Below are positions 8,493-18,116 of a DNA stretch of 31,737 nucleotides, piece by piece. The DNA is from an uncultured Litorilinea sp. (GTDB lineage Bacteria > Chloroflexota > Anaerolineae > Caldilineales > Caldilineaceae), in assembly GCA_964372065.1 (NCBI GenBank), contig CAYJQA010000002.1:1453-33189 (forward strand), given 5' to 3'. Each line of letters starts with the position of its first letter. The stretch's first letter is position 1. The position numbers and the translations under genes are program-made. Under the pieces are notes generated by a model. That model saw only the letters and a list, made by a program, of their open reading frames with translations, was not told the origin of the DNA and searched no databases.

Positions 8493-9002
8493 CTATTCTT
8501 CTTCGTCGTCCTCGTCGTGGCCCTCGTCGTGGGCGTGGCCGTGCTCCAGTTCCTCGGCGGTGGCCGCCCGCAGGCCGATGACCTTGATGCGGAACGTGAG
8601 CGTTTCGCCCGCCAGCGGGTGATTCAAGTCCACCAGCACGGTGTCGGTGCGCACTTCGGACACGTAGCCCTCGACCGTCTCGTCCGCTTCCTCGTCGTAG
8701 AGTTCGACCGGCATCCCCAAGCTCAGGTCCATGTCGTCGGGGAAGATGTCCAACGGGACCTCTTCGACGGCGTCGTCGTCGTATTCGCCATAGCCGTCTT
8801 CCGGCTCGACGATGACCTCTTTGGACTGGCCCACGGACATGCCCGCGACGGCCTTTTCCAGCCCCGGAATAATCTCCTGGTAGCCCTGCAGAAACTCGAT
8901 GGGGCCTTCGTCCTCGGTGCTCTCCACCAGTTCTTCGTCGATGTGCAGCGAGTACTCCAGGCTCACCACCATACCGCGCTCGACGATCTGCTTTTGTGCC
9001 AT
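8493..9002 (-). CDS. slyD: FKBP-type peptidyl-prolyl isomerase SlyD
   Basis: VSLEYSL, IIPGLEKA, VEPEDGYGEYD, VDLNHPLAGETLTF; His/acidic tail EELEHGHAHDEGHDEDDEEE. Confidence 0.93.
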   Translation of the reverse strand: MAQKQIVERGMVVSLEYSLHIDEELVESTEDEGPIEFLQGYQEIIPGLEKAVAGMSVGQSKEVIVEPEDGYGEYDDDAVEEVPLDIFPDDMDLSLGMPVELYDEEADETVEGYVSEVRTDTVLVDLNHPLAGETLTFRIKVIGLRAATAEELEHGHAHDEGHDEDDEEE

Positions 9003-9097
9003 ACGGCGTGCTTCCTCTGCCCTCTGGGCGCTACGAAACGCCGATCAACGGCGCGTCTATGCTGTTCAGGCGGGCCGGTCACTCCGACCCCCGGCCA

Positions 9098-9126
9098 ACT
9101 ATACAGTCTCTCGATCGTCACGTCAA
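9098..9126 (-). promoter_or_regulatory. Sigma70-type promoter for slyD
   Basis: Minus strand TTGACG (9126-9121), 17 nt, TATAGT (9103-9098). Confidence 0.72.
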
Positions 9127-9133
9127 AAGAAGC

Positions 9134-10564
9134 CTACCCCAACTTGTAGGCGGCCTTGGCGAGCCCATACGCAGCGGCGTGGATCATCTCGCGCGCGTCC
9201 TCTTCGTCGATGACATGGCGCACGACCAGGTTCGCCAACCAGTTGGCATCCACGCGCCGCGCCAGGTCATGGCGCGCCGGAATGGACGGGTAGGCGCGCG
9301 TGTCGTCGTTGAAGCCAACCGTATTGTAGAGGCCCGCGGTCTCGCTCACCGCCTCGCGGAAACGCATCATGCCGTTCCACGAGTCATAGAACCACCAGGG
9401 CGGCCCCAGACGCATGGCGGGATAGTGACCGGCCAGGGGGGCCAACTCACGCGCGAAGGTCGTCTCGTCCAGCGTAAAGACGATGAAGGTGAAGCCCGGC
9501 GCGGAGCCGTAGCGATTGAGCAGCGGGCGCAGGTTGCGCGTGTAGTCGGTGGCGATGGGGATGTCCGCGCCCATGTCCGCCCCGAAACGCTGGAAGAGCG
9601 CCGTGTTGTGGGCGCGCAGCGAACCAGGATGTAGCTGCATGACCAGGCCGTCGTCCACGCTCATGCGCGCCATTTCCATGAGCATGTGGCCGGTGAAGCG
9701 GGTCGTGTCATCCGCGCCGGCCTGTCCGCGCAGGGCGCGGCTGAAGATGGCCTCGGCGTCGACGTCGCCCAGCGCCTCGGTGAAGGGCGTCAACGCGGCG
9801 TGGTCCGTGGCCGTCGCGCCCATCGCCTTGAAGCGGGCGCGCTGCGCTTCCAAGGCCTGGATATAGCTCCGATAGCTCACCACGTCGATCCCCGTCACCG
9901 CGCTCAGGCGGTCGATCTCCTGCCGCCAGGTCGGCGTGTCCAGGTTGACCACGGCATCCGGGCGGAAGGTGGGCCGGATGCGCCCCGGCCAGCCGGAATC
10001 CAGAATCGCCTGATGGTGCTCCAGCCGCGAAGTGGCCGGGTCCGTGGTGCAGAGAACCTCGATATTGAAACGCTCGTAGAGCGCACGCGGGCGAAATTCG
10101 GGCGCCGCCAGACACTCGGCAATGTGGTCGTAGATGCGCTGCGCCGAGGCCGGCGTGAGCTTCTCCGTCACGCCGAAGACGCCGGCCAACTCATCATTGA
10201 GCCACATGCCGGTGGGCGTGCCGCGGAACAAGTAGTAGTGGTCGGCGAAAAGCTGCCAGATGCGCCGGTGGTCCGTCTCGGCGGCGGAACCCCCTTCGCG
10301 CCCGGCAAAGCCGAGCTGTTCCAGCGCGATTCCTTGCGAATACAACATGCGAAAGATGTAGTGGTCGGGGATGATCAGCAGGTCGGCGGGTGAGCCGAAA
10401 TCATAGTCGGGGTCCGCAAAGACGCGCGGGTCCACATGCCCGTGCGGGCAGAGCAGCGGCAGCCCGGCGACGGTCTCATAGAGCGCCAGCGCGATGCGCT
10501 TTTGGGCCGGGTCGGCGTCGAAATAGCGATCGACGGGTCGCGGGAGCGTTGGCTCGGTTTTCAT
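9134..10564 (-). CDS. uxaC: Uronate (glucuronate/galacturonate) isomerase
   Basis: CPHGHVDP, DHYIFRML, LCTTD, FRPD, VMQLHPG, LGPPWWF.DS, GFNDDTRA..SIPARHD.ARR. ATG 10564 has SD GGAGGA; the track's upstream extension is spurious. Confidence 0.93.
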   Translation of the reverse strand: MKTEPTLPRPVDRYFDADPAQKRIALALYETVAGLPLLCPHGHVDPRVFADPDYDFGSPADLLIIPDHYIFRMLYSQGIALEQLGFAGREGGSAAETDHRRIWQLFADHYYLFRGTPTGMWLNDELAGVFGVTEKLTPASAQRIYDHIAECLAAPEFRPRALYERFNIEVLCTTDPATSRLEHHQAILDSGWPGRIRPTFRPDAVVNLDTPTWRQEIDRLSAVTGIDVVSYRSYIQALEAQRARFKAMGATATDHAALTPFTEALGDVDAEAIFSRALRGQAGADDTTRFTGHMLMEMARMSVDDGLVMQLHPGSLRAHNTALFQRFGADMGADIPIATDYTRNLRPLLNRYGSAPGFTFIVFTLDETTFARELAPLAGHYPAMRLGPPWWFYDSWNGMMRFREAVSETAGLYNTVGFNDDTRAYPSIPARHDLARRVDANWLANLVVRHVIDEEDAREMIHAAAYGLAKAAYKLG

Positions 10565-10656
10565 CGTGTGTCCTCCGGGTGGAGTGCAGGCCGGGTGAGG
10601 TGCGGGACTGAGACAGTGGCAGCGCCGGATGGCCCGCCTGCCCGTGCGCTCCCTTG

Positions 10657-10686
10657 AGTATACCCGCGCGCCCGCCGTGGCCTCAA
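10657..10686 (-). promoter_or_regulatory. Possible promoter for uxaC
   Basis: Minus strand TTGAGG (10686-10681), 18 nt, TATACT (10662-10657). Confidence 0.4.
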
Positions 10687-10714
10687 ACGGCAGGACGGCT
10701 GCATCCGGCGCTGC

Positions 10715-10743
10715 TTGTCGCGTGTGGCCTGCTCGGCTATGAT
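10715..10743 (+). promoter_or_regulatory. Promoter placing the predicted TSS on the ATG of the di-heme protein gene (leaderless)
   Basis: TTGTCG (10715-10720), 17 nt, TATGAT (10738-10743), 6 nt, ATG at 10750. No SD. Confidence 0.62.
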
Positions 10744-10749
10744 GGGGCC

Positions 10750-13700
10750 ATGCTTCGCCACCGGCTGGGATCGTCCATACGACCAACCATGCGCCTCGTC
10801 GCGCTCCTGATCGTCGCGCTCTGGCTGGCGCCCGCGCCGGACCGCGCCCAAGGCCAGACCAACCTGATCGCCAATCGCACCTATGGCGAAGACCAGATCT
10901 TCAAGGTGATGGGTCGGCTGAACGCCCAGAACGGCGCACCCCAGGAGCATAGCAGTGTGGTCGTCCACCAAGGCTATGTGGTGGAGGTCTATTCCCAGGA
11001 GAACGACCGGCCACAGGCGGGCATCGCCGTCTTCGACTTCAGCGACCCCAGCGCTCCGCGTCTCATCTCGCGCACCGAGGAAGGCGCGGACAAGCTCTCC
11101 GAACAACACGCTATCGGCTTCGCCCACCAAGACGGCCGCGACTATGCGGCGCTGCTCGCCATCGACGGCGTCGAGATCTGGGACTGGACCGACATGGCCG
11201 CGCCCAAGCAGGTCAGCCAACTGGCGCTGCCGGGCGTGGAGTTCGGCTACGCGCGCGGGGCCTGGTGGTTGGCCTGGCAAGCGCCCTACCTCTACGTCGC
11301 CGGCGCATCCAATGGCATCTACATCGTCAACACCAGCGACCCGGCGCGCCCCTTCCTCGCCGACCGCGGGGACGGGCCGAATCCCATCCCCACCAGCCAG
11401 ACCGGCGGTTTTCGCATGGGGCCGATCTTTGCGGTGGGCAATCTATTGGTCGCCAGCGCCAACGACGGTCGCGGCTATGCCACGCTGGACATCGGCGACC
11501 CCGCCGATCCCATCCTGCTGGACACGCTGGCGGGACGCGACGCGCCGCCCTCCTATAGCTCCATGCTCAACGGCAGCGTGCTCTACGCCGTCGGCACGGA
11601 CGATGACCTGTACGGCCTGGACGTGCGCGACCCCACCGCCATCCGCCGCCTGGACGCCGTGCCCGTTTACGGTCGCGGCGGCTACCTCACCATCCAGGAC
11701 AACTTCGCCCATGTGGGCGCATCGGACCATTATGTCAAGGTGGATGTCGCCGACCCCAGTGACTTTCGCGTGGTGGGCAGCGCCACGTCGGGTGAGCCTG
11801 ACCACGACGAGGACTTCGCCGTCGCCGTTGGGAACCTCGTCGTCCTCGGCGACGACCACAATCACGGCAGCTTCATCTTCCCTCACCAAGCCGAGCCGGA
11901 TGTGACCGGCCCGACGGTCAACATGGTCAGTCCCGCGGACGGCAGTCGCAACCAGTCCCGCGCCTCGCGCATCGGCGTCACCTTCACCGACCGCGTCGAT
12001 CTCCGCACGGTCCACGCCGGCACCTTCATCGTGCGCCCGGTGGGCGGTGAAGCGCTGGACGGGACCTACAGCAGCCAGACCGGAATCGTCAACTTCACGC
12101 CCGCCGCGCCCCTGGCGCGCGACACGACCTACGAGATCGTCATCCCCGCGGGCGGCATCCGCGACGTGGTGGGGAATCCGGTGGCGACGACCTTCACCGC
12201 CCGCTTTGCGACCGGCTCCAGCGTGGGCGCGAACTTCTGGTGTCGCGTGGACCCGCCCGCGCCGGTCGAGGTGGAGCAGCTTGCGACCCTGAGCGTGGCG
12301 CTGCTCGACGGCCCGGACGGCGTGAGCTACAGTTGGCGTTTTGGCGACGGCGCGGCGGCCACGCCGCTGTCACCGGAACGGCGCGCGACCTATGCCTGGG
12401 CTGCGCCGGGCCACTATACCGTCACGGTGACCGCCACGGACGGACGCCGCAGCACCGGCTGCTCCGCCCTGTTTACGGTCTATCGCCGCGCGACCAATGG
12501 CGTAGCCCAGGCATCGGGGACCATCACCCTCGACCGCTCCGGCACGCAAGTGTGGAGCGTCAACCCCGACAACGACACCGTGACCGTCGTCGACGCCGTG
12601 CAACTCAAGAAGATGGCCGAAGTCCCGGTCGGTCACCGCCCGCGCACGCTGGCGGTCGCGCCTGATGATACCGTGTGGGTCGCCAACCAAACGGACGACA
12701 CGGTCAGCGTGCTCGACGGCGGCACCACCGCGCGCCTGACCACCGTCAGCCTGCCCAGCGGCAGCGAACCCTACGGCGTGGCCGTCAGCCCCAGCCGCGG
12801 CGTCGTCTACGTCACGCTCCAGAGCACGGGCGAGTTAGCCGAGCTTGATTTGTACGCCCGCGTCGTGCGGCGGCGGCTGGACGTCGGCCCGACGCCGCGC
12901 GCCATTGCGATCAGCGCCGACGGCAACCGCATCTATGTGACACGCTACATCTCCCCCGCCGACCAGGGCGAGGTCGTGGAGATCGACGCGGCGGAGTGGC
13001 GCGTGGCGCGGCGCATCCCACTGGCCTTTGACTCCGGCCCGGATACGGAATCCAGCGGACGCGGCGTGCCCAACGGCTTGGCCGCGGCCGCGGTGTCGCC
13101 CGATGGCGCGCGGCTGTGGATCGCGGGGCGCAAACACAACACGGCGCGGGGCATCACGCGCGACGGCCAGCGCCTCACCTTTGACTCGACGGTGCGCTCG
13201 ATTCTGGCGCAGGTTGACCCGGCGAGCGGTGACGAAGAGCCGGCCGCACGCTACGATTTCAACAATCGCGACGGACCGGTCGCGCTCCAGTTCACCCCGC
13301 TGGGCGATTACCTGTTTGTCGTGCTGGAAGGGTCCAACGCCATCGACGTCATCGACGCCTATAGCGGCCAGTTGGTCACGGCCATCGAAGGGGCGGGCCA
13401 TGCCCCGCAAGGGCTGGTCTTCACCGCCGACGGCTCCAAGCTGTTTGTGGATAGCTGGCTCAGCCGAGACGTCATCGTGTACGATGTGGCCGACTTGGTG
13501 GCGGGCCGCTCCCGGCAGGCGCAGCGATTGACCGAGATCGCCGCGGTCGGCCACGATCCCACACCCGCCGACGTGCTCTTGGGCAAGCAGGTCTTCTACC
13601 TCGCGCGCGACTCGCGCATGAGCCGCGACGGCTACATCACGTGCGCCGGCTGCCACCTGGACGGCCGCGCAGACGGCCGCGTGTGGGACCGCACCGCCGA

Positions 13701-14640
13701 GGGCGAAGGGCTGCGCAACACCATTTCGCTCGTGAGCAAGGGTCGCCCCCGCAACGGTTTGCTGCACTGGAGCGCCAACTTCGACGAGATCCAGGACTTT
13801 GAACACGACATGCGAAACAACTTCGGCGGGAGCGGCTTCTTGACCCAGGCGGAGTTCGATGCGGGCAGCCGCAACCAACCGCTGGGCGACGCCAAGGCCG
13901 GTCTCAGCCCGGAGTTGGACGCGCTCGCCGCGTTCGTCGCCACCCTGCGCGAACTGCCGCCCAGTCCCTATCGCGCCGCCGACGGCAGCCTGACGCCGGA
14001 TGCTCAGGCCGGACGAGCGATCTTCCTGGATGCCGGCTGCGCCACCTGCCACGGCGGGCCGGAGTTCACCGATAGCCCGTCGGGACAGTTGCATCAGGTC
14101 GGCACCATGACGGTGGCGTCCGGTCATCGGCTGGGCGCTGAGTTGGCCGGTTTCGATACGCCGTCGCTGCGCGGGCTGTGGCTGACCGCGCCCTATTTGC
14201 ATGACGGGTCGGCGGCCACGTTGGCCGATGTGTTGACCACGCTCAACCCGTTCGGGCAGCATGGCGGGCTGGGGCATCTGTGGGAGGCTGACCCCCACGC
14301 GGTGGATCGCCTGGTCGCCTACTTGCTCCAGATTGACGACCGCGAGCCGGGCTTCGACGTGGCCGCGCCCGCCATCGAGTTGGCCTCGCCGCCCGCCAAT
14401 GCGCGCCTCGCGGCGGGCCGTCCCGTGGTGTTGGCCGTCAACACAGCGCCCTTCTTGGGGCCGGTCGCGCGCGTCGACTTCTATGCGGGCGATGTCCTGA
14501 TCGGCTCCGACAGTACCGTCATGTACGCCTATACCTGGACCGACGCCGCGCCGAGCCGTTACGCGCTCACCGCCCGCCTCGTCTATGCGGGGGGCAGCGT
14601 GTCCATCTCCGCCCCGATCGCCGTCGAGATCGTCCCGTAG
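10750..14640 (+). CDS. Secreted multidomain protein: LVIVD-like propeller, Big_5 Ig, PKD, YVTN/YncE propeller, di-heme cytochrome c (bCcP/MauG superfamily), C-terminal Ig
   Basis: Signal peptide; PKD motif YSWRFGDG; YVTN-like repeats; CAGCH (13642-13656) and CATCH (14038-14052); RNTISL and DTPSLRGLWLTAPYLHDGS motifs. Confidence 0.85.
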   Translation: MLRHRLGSSIRPTMRLVALLIVALWLAPAPDRAQGQTNLIANRTYGEDQIFKVMGRLNAQNGAPQEHSSVVVHQGYVVEVYSQENDRPQAGIAVFDFSDPSAPRLISRTEEGADKLSEQHAIGFAHQDGRDYAALLAIDGVEIWDWTDMAAPKQVSQLALPGVEFGYARGAWWLAWQAPYLYVAGASNGIYIVNTSDPARPFLADRGDGPNPIPTSQTGGFRMGPIFAVGNLLVASANDGRGYATLDIGDPADPILLDTLAGRDAPPSYSSMLNGSVLYAVGTDDDLYGLDVRDPTAIRRLDAVPVYGRGGYLTIQDNFAHVGASDHYVKVDVADPSDFRVVGSATSGEPDHDEDFAVAVGNLVVLGDDHNHGSFIFPHQAEPDVTGPTVNMVSPADGSRNQSRASRIGVTFTDRVDLRTVHAGTFIVRPVGGEALDGTYSSQTGIVNFTPAAPLARDTTYEIVIPAGGIRDVVGNPVATTFTARFATGSSVGANFWCRVDPPAPVEVEQLATLSVALLDGPDGVSYSWRFGDGAAATPLSPERRATYAWAAPGHYTVTVTATDGRRSTGCSALFTVYRRATNGVAQASGTITLDRSGTQVWSVNPDNDTVTVVDAVQLKKMAEVPVGHRPRTLAVAPDDTVWVANQTDDTVSVLDGGTTARLTTVSLPSGSEPYGVAVSPSRGVVYVTLQSTGELAELDLYARVVRRRLDVGPTPRAIAISADGNRIYVTRYISPADQGEVVEIDAAEWRVARRIPLAFDSGPDTESSGRGVPNGLAAAAVSPDGARLWIAGRKHNTARGITRDGQRLTFDSTVRSILAQVDPASGDEEPAARYDFNNRDGPVALQFTPLGDYLFVVLEGSNAIDVIDAYSGQLVTAIEGAGHAPQGLVFTADGSKLFVDSWLSRDVIVYDVADLVAGRSRQAQRLTEIAAVGHDPTPADVLLGKQVFYLARDSRMSRDGYITCAGCHLDGRADGRVWDRTAEGEGLRNTISLVSKGRPRNGLLHWSANFDEIQDFEHDMRNNFGGSGFLTQAEFDAGSRNQPLGDAKAGLSPELDALAAFVATLRELPPSPYRAADGSLTPDAQAGRAIFLDAGCATCHGGPEFTDSPSGQLHQVGTMTVASGHRLGAELAGFDTPSLRGLWLTAPYLHDGSAATLADVLTTLNPFGQHGGLGHLWEADPHAVDRLVAYLLQIDDREPGFDVAAPAIELASPPANARLAAGRPVVLAVNTAPFLGPVARVDFYAGDVLIGSDSTVMYAYTWTDAAPSRYALTARLVYAGGSVSISAPIAVEIVP

Positions 14641-14652
14641 TCCGTGGGTCGC

Positions 14653-14768
14653 CTAGATACTGTCTACAAAGCTCTTGTCACCCTGAGCGACAGCGAAGGG
14701 TCCCGGTGGCGCACCCGAGAAGGGGATGCTTCGTTACGCTCAGCATGACAGATTGCAGACACTCCTAG
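14653..14768. mobile_element. ~116-bp CTAG-bounded inverted-repeat element containing a TGTCA-tagged REP doublet (MITE/REPIN-like)
   Basis: Left arm CTAG-ATAC-TGTCTACAA...TGTCACCCTGAGCGACAGCGAAGGGTCCC. Right arm, reverse-complemented, CTAG-GAG-TGTCTGCAA..TGTCATGCTGAGCGTAACGAAGCATCCCC. Each REP is internally palindromic. Confidence 0.65.
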
Positions 14769-16279
14769 TCGTCCAGCAGCCGCCCGTAGAGGTCCACTTG
14801 GCGGGCCAATGCCTGCGCGTGGATGGCGTGACGCGCGGCGTCGGGCAGGTAGGTCTTGCCCAGCGCAGGCGGGATGGCTGAGGGCCGGTCAATCACGCCC
14901 AGGTGTTCCAGCGCCAGCAGCGCCAGGCCGCGGCTGGTCCCTTCGCGCTCGGAGAGCGTATGCAGCGGTCGCCCCAAAGCATCGGCCATGATCTGGAGCC
15001 AGGCGGGCGAACTGAGAAGGCCGCCGCCGCTGGCGATGAGATCGTGCTGGTCCGTGGCGAGGTGGGGCGCGATCCGCCGGTAGATCAGCGCAAAGCGATA
15101 GGCGATGGCTTCCAGCCCGGCCTGCACCACGTCGACTGGGGTCGTGTGCAGGCTGAGGCCCGTTAGGGCCGCACGCGCATCCTCGCGCCAGCCGGGAGCA
15201 CGCTCGCCCGCCACAAAGGGCAGCATGGTCAGCCCGTGAGCCGCCGGGGCGCGGGCCGCCAACTCCTGTTCCAGCGCGTCGCCGTCGGGCAGCCGCAGCA
15301 AGCCGCGCAACCAGGCATAGAGATTGCCGCCTTCAGTCGTCGCGCCGCCCAAGAGGCCGCGCCGCGCGTCCACGCGGTAGAGCCACAGACCGGCCGGGAC
15401 CTGCGCCACATCCGGGCCGACCACGACCCGCATCGCGCCCGTCGTCCCCATCGTCAGGGCGATGCGCTCCGGCGTGTCGCACCCGCTGCCGATGTTCGCC
15501 GCCGCGCCGTCGCCCACGGGCAGCAGCCAGGGCACGTCGGCCAGCGCGGGCCAACGCGCCGCCCACTCGCCGGCCAGTCCCCGGCAAGGCGTGTTGAGAT
15601 CGCCCAGGGGCGAAAGCTGGTCGGCGGTCACGGGCAGGCGGGCCAGCCAGGCCGCGTCCCAGTTTAGCTCGCGCCGGTTGAGCAGGCCGCTCCACGACGC
15701 CACGCTGTAGCTCACGCGCCAATCGCCAAAGAGGCGAAAATAGAGATACTCGCCTACGCTCACCCAACGCGCCGCGGCGGCAAACCGGGCCGGTTCGGCG
15801 CGGCCCAGCCAGCGGAAACGCGCCGGCAAATACGACGTATGGATCAGGGTTCCCGTACGGTCATGGGCTTGCGCCGCGCCCGTAGGGCCAAGTTCGGCGC
15901 GCAGCGCCTGCGCGTCCACGGCGTTGCGGGTGTCGGCATAGGTAAACACGGGCGTCACTGGGTTGCCCGCGGCGTCCACGCCCAGCACGTTGCCGACCAA
16001 CGTGTCGGTCGCGACCGCGGCGATCCGGCCGCGCAGGTCGCCCGCGCGGGCCAGCAGCGCGTCAATCACACCGATCACGCTTTCCACCAGGTGACCGGCG
16101 TCGAAGACCGCGCCGCCGTCCGGCGTAGTGGTCATGGTCGTGCTGCGCTGCTCCACCATGCCCTCCACGACCTGCGCCCGGCCGTCAAAGAGGATCGCGC
16201 GCGTGGATGAACTGCCGATGTCCAGCGTCAAGGTCAGCGGTGTTGCAAGCGGGAGCCCATTGGGCGCGGCGTCGGTCAC
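14765..16279 (-). CDS. gntK: FGGY-family carbohydrate kinase, gluconokinase-like
   Basis: LDIGSSSTRA, GDGAAANIGSG, MGTTGAMRV, GERAPGW, GLEAIAY, SGGG. Substrate is inferred. Confidence 0.75.
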   Translation of the reverse strand: MTDAAPNGLPLATPLTLTLDIGSSSTRAILFDGRAQVVEGMVEQRSTTMTTTPDGGAVFDAGHLVESVIGVIDALLARAGDLRGRIAAVATDTLVGNVLGVDAAGNPVTPVFTYADTRNAVDAQALRAELGPTGAAQAHDRTGTLIHTSYLPARFRWLGRAEPARFAAAARWVSVGEYLYFRLFGDWRVSYSVASWSGLLNRRELNWDAAWLARLPVTADQLSPLGDLNTPCRGLAGEWAARWPALADVPWLLPVGDGAAANIGSGCDTPERIALTMGTTGAMRVVVGPDVAQVPAGLWLYRVDARRGLLGGATTEGGNLYAWLRGLLRLPDGDALEQELAARAPAAHGLTMLPFVAGERAPGWREDARAALTGLSLHTTPVDVVQAGLEAIAYRFALIYRRIAPHLATDQHDLIASGGGLLSSPAWLQIMADALGRPLHTLSEREGTSRGLALLALEHLGVIDRPSAIPPALGKTYLPDAARHAIHAQALARQVDLYGRLLDD

Positions 16280-16285
16280 GAGGCC

Positions 16286-18112
16286 CTATCCTTCCGATGA
16301 TTCGACGAATTGGCGAGTGTAAAGCGTGGCATATAGACCGCCCAGGGTGAGCAACTCGGCGTGGCTGCCGCGTTCCACAAGCTGCCCGGCCTGCACCACG
16401 CAGATGACATCGGCGTTACGCACCGTGCTCAGGCGGTGGGCGATCACCACCGACGTGCGCCCCTGCAAGAGTCGCTCCAGCGCATCTTGGATCAATGCTT
16501 CCGTCACTGTGTCCACGCTGGAGGTCGCTTCGTCCAGCATGAGGATGCGCGGGTCCGCCATGACCGCGCGCGCGATGCAGATGAGCTGGCGCTGGCCGAT
16601 GGAGAGGTTGGCGCCGCCCTCCATGACCGGCGTAGCGTAGCCCTCGGGCAGTTGGGTGATGAAATCGTGGGCGTTGGCCATGCGCGCCGCTGCCTCCACA
16701 CGCGCTTGGTCCGCGTCCACGACGCCAAAGCGGATGTTATCGGCCACCGCGCCCGGAAAGAGAAACGGGTCTTGGGGGACCAGTCCCATCTGGCGGTGGA
16801 GCGATTGCTGCGTCACGGCGCGCACGTCGATGCGGTCGATCAGCACCGCGCCGCCGGTGACATCATAGAAGCGCCCAATGAGGTTGGCGATGGAGGTCTT
16901 GCCCGCGCCGGTCGGCCCCACCAGCGCCACAGTCTGGCCCGGCTCGATGACCAGGTTGATGTCGCGCAGCACCGGCTCGCCCGGCTTGTAGGCGAATTCC
17001 ACGTCGCGCAGTTCGATGCGGCCCGCAATGGGCGGCATGGCGCGGCCGTCCGCGGGGTCTGCCACTGTGACCGGCGTGTCCAGCAGGTCCAGCACCTTCT
17101 CGCCGCCCGCCATCGCCGCCTGCAGCGTCGTATAGAGTTGGCTCAGCTCTTGGATGGGGCCAAAGAACCGGCTCACATAGGCCAGAAACGCGACCACGAC
17201 GCCCAACGTCAGTTCGCCCTGCGCGACGGACATGCCGCCGACCCACAGCACAACCGCGGTGGCAACCATGCTCAAGAACTCGACCGAGGGCAGAAAGATA
17301 AAGGACAGCGTCATGGCCGCGATGTTGGCGTCGCGGTTGGCCTGGTTGACTTCGTTGAAGCGTTCCTGGCTGGCGTCTTCCTGGGCGAAGGCTTGGATGA
17401 CGCGGATCCCGGCGATGTCCTCGGCCAGATTGCCGACCACCGCCGCGATGCGCGTGCGCGTCTGGCGGTAGGCTTCCTGGGCGTAGCGCGCAAAGATCAG
17501 CGTCGCCACGACCATCAGCGGGACGACCAAGAAGGCCATGAGCGCCAGCTTGGGGCTCATAGAGACCATGACCGCCACGATGCCCACCAGCAGCAGCGTG
17601 TCGCCGAGGATCGTCACCACGCCCTGCGAGAGCAGTTCGTTGATGATCCCCACATCGTTGATGACGCGCGACACGGTGACGCCCACGATGTGGGTGTCGT
17701 GATAGCTCAACGGCAGCCGCTGCAAGTGCTCAAAAAGCTGCGACCGCAGGGTCGCCAGGACTTTCTGGCCGACCCAGGAGAGCAGATAGCTCAACCCCGC
17801 CGACGAGGCGTATGTCCCCACATAGGCGGCTGCGATCAGCAGCGCGGTCCGCGTTAGCCCGGCCAGGTCCATTTGCGTGATGTTGGCGTCGATGGCGACC
17901 TTGACCAGATAGGGAATCCACAGCGTCAGCCCGGTCGATACGACCATGAGGGCCAGCGCCGCCGCCATCATCTTGCCATGCGGGCGCAGATAGGCCAGGA
18001 GCCGCCGCATGACCCGCTGATCGTAGACGCGTCCCTCTTCCGGCGCGGTGCCGAAGCTCTCGATCAGCCCGCGCGGCCCTCCCCCCATGCCACCACCAAG
18101 CGCCAGTCCCAT
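16286..18112 (-). CDS. ABC exporter, fused TMD-NBD half transporter
   Basis: Six-TM domain plus Walker A GPTGAGKT, signature LSIGQRQ, Walker B ILMLDE, IAHRLST. Confidence 0.93.
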   Translation of the reverse strand: MGLALGGGMGGGPRGLIESFGTAPEEGRVYDQRVMRRLLAYLRPHGKMMAAALALMVVSTGLTLWIPYLVKVAIDANITQMDLAGLTRTALLIAAAYVGTYASSAGLSYLLSWVGQKVLATLRSQLFEHLQRLPLSYHDTHIVGVTVSRVINDVGIINELLSQGVVTILGDTLLLVGIVAVMVSMSPKLALMAFLVVPLMVVATLIFARYAQEAYRQTRTRIAAVVGNLAEDIAGIRVIQAFAQEDASQERFNEVNQANRDANIAAMTLSFIFLPSVEFLSMVATAVVLWVGGMSVAQGELTLGVVVAFLAYVSRFFGPIQELSQLYTTLQAAMAGGEKVLDLLDTPVTVADPADGRAMPPIAGRIELRDVEFAYKPGEPVLRDINLVIEPGQTVALVGPTGAGKTSIANLIGRFYDVTGGAVLIDRIDVRAVTQQSLHRQMGLVPQDPFLFPGAVADNIRFGVVDADQARVEAAARMANAHDFITQLPEGYATPVMEGGANLSIGQRQLICIARAVMADPRILMLDEATSSVDTVTEALIQDALERLLQGRTSVVIAHRLSTVRNADVICVVQAGQLVERGSHAELLTLGGLYATLYTRQFVESSEG

Positions 18113-18116
18113 GCGT

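Noticed and set aside
10565-10786. N-terminal extensions in the ORF track (uxaC from 10786, di-heme from 10654, MFS from 5619, csp from 8394, kinase from 24622, AKR from 24667)
   Set aside because: They run through promoters or UTRs; downstream starts have SDs or promoter support and begin at the family-typical N-terminus.
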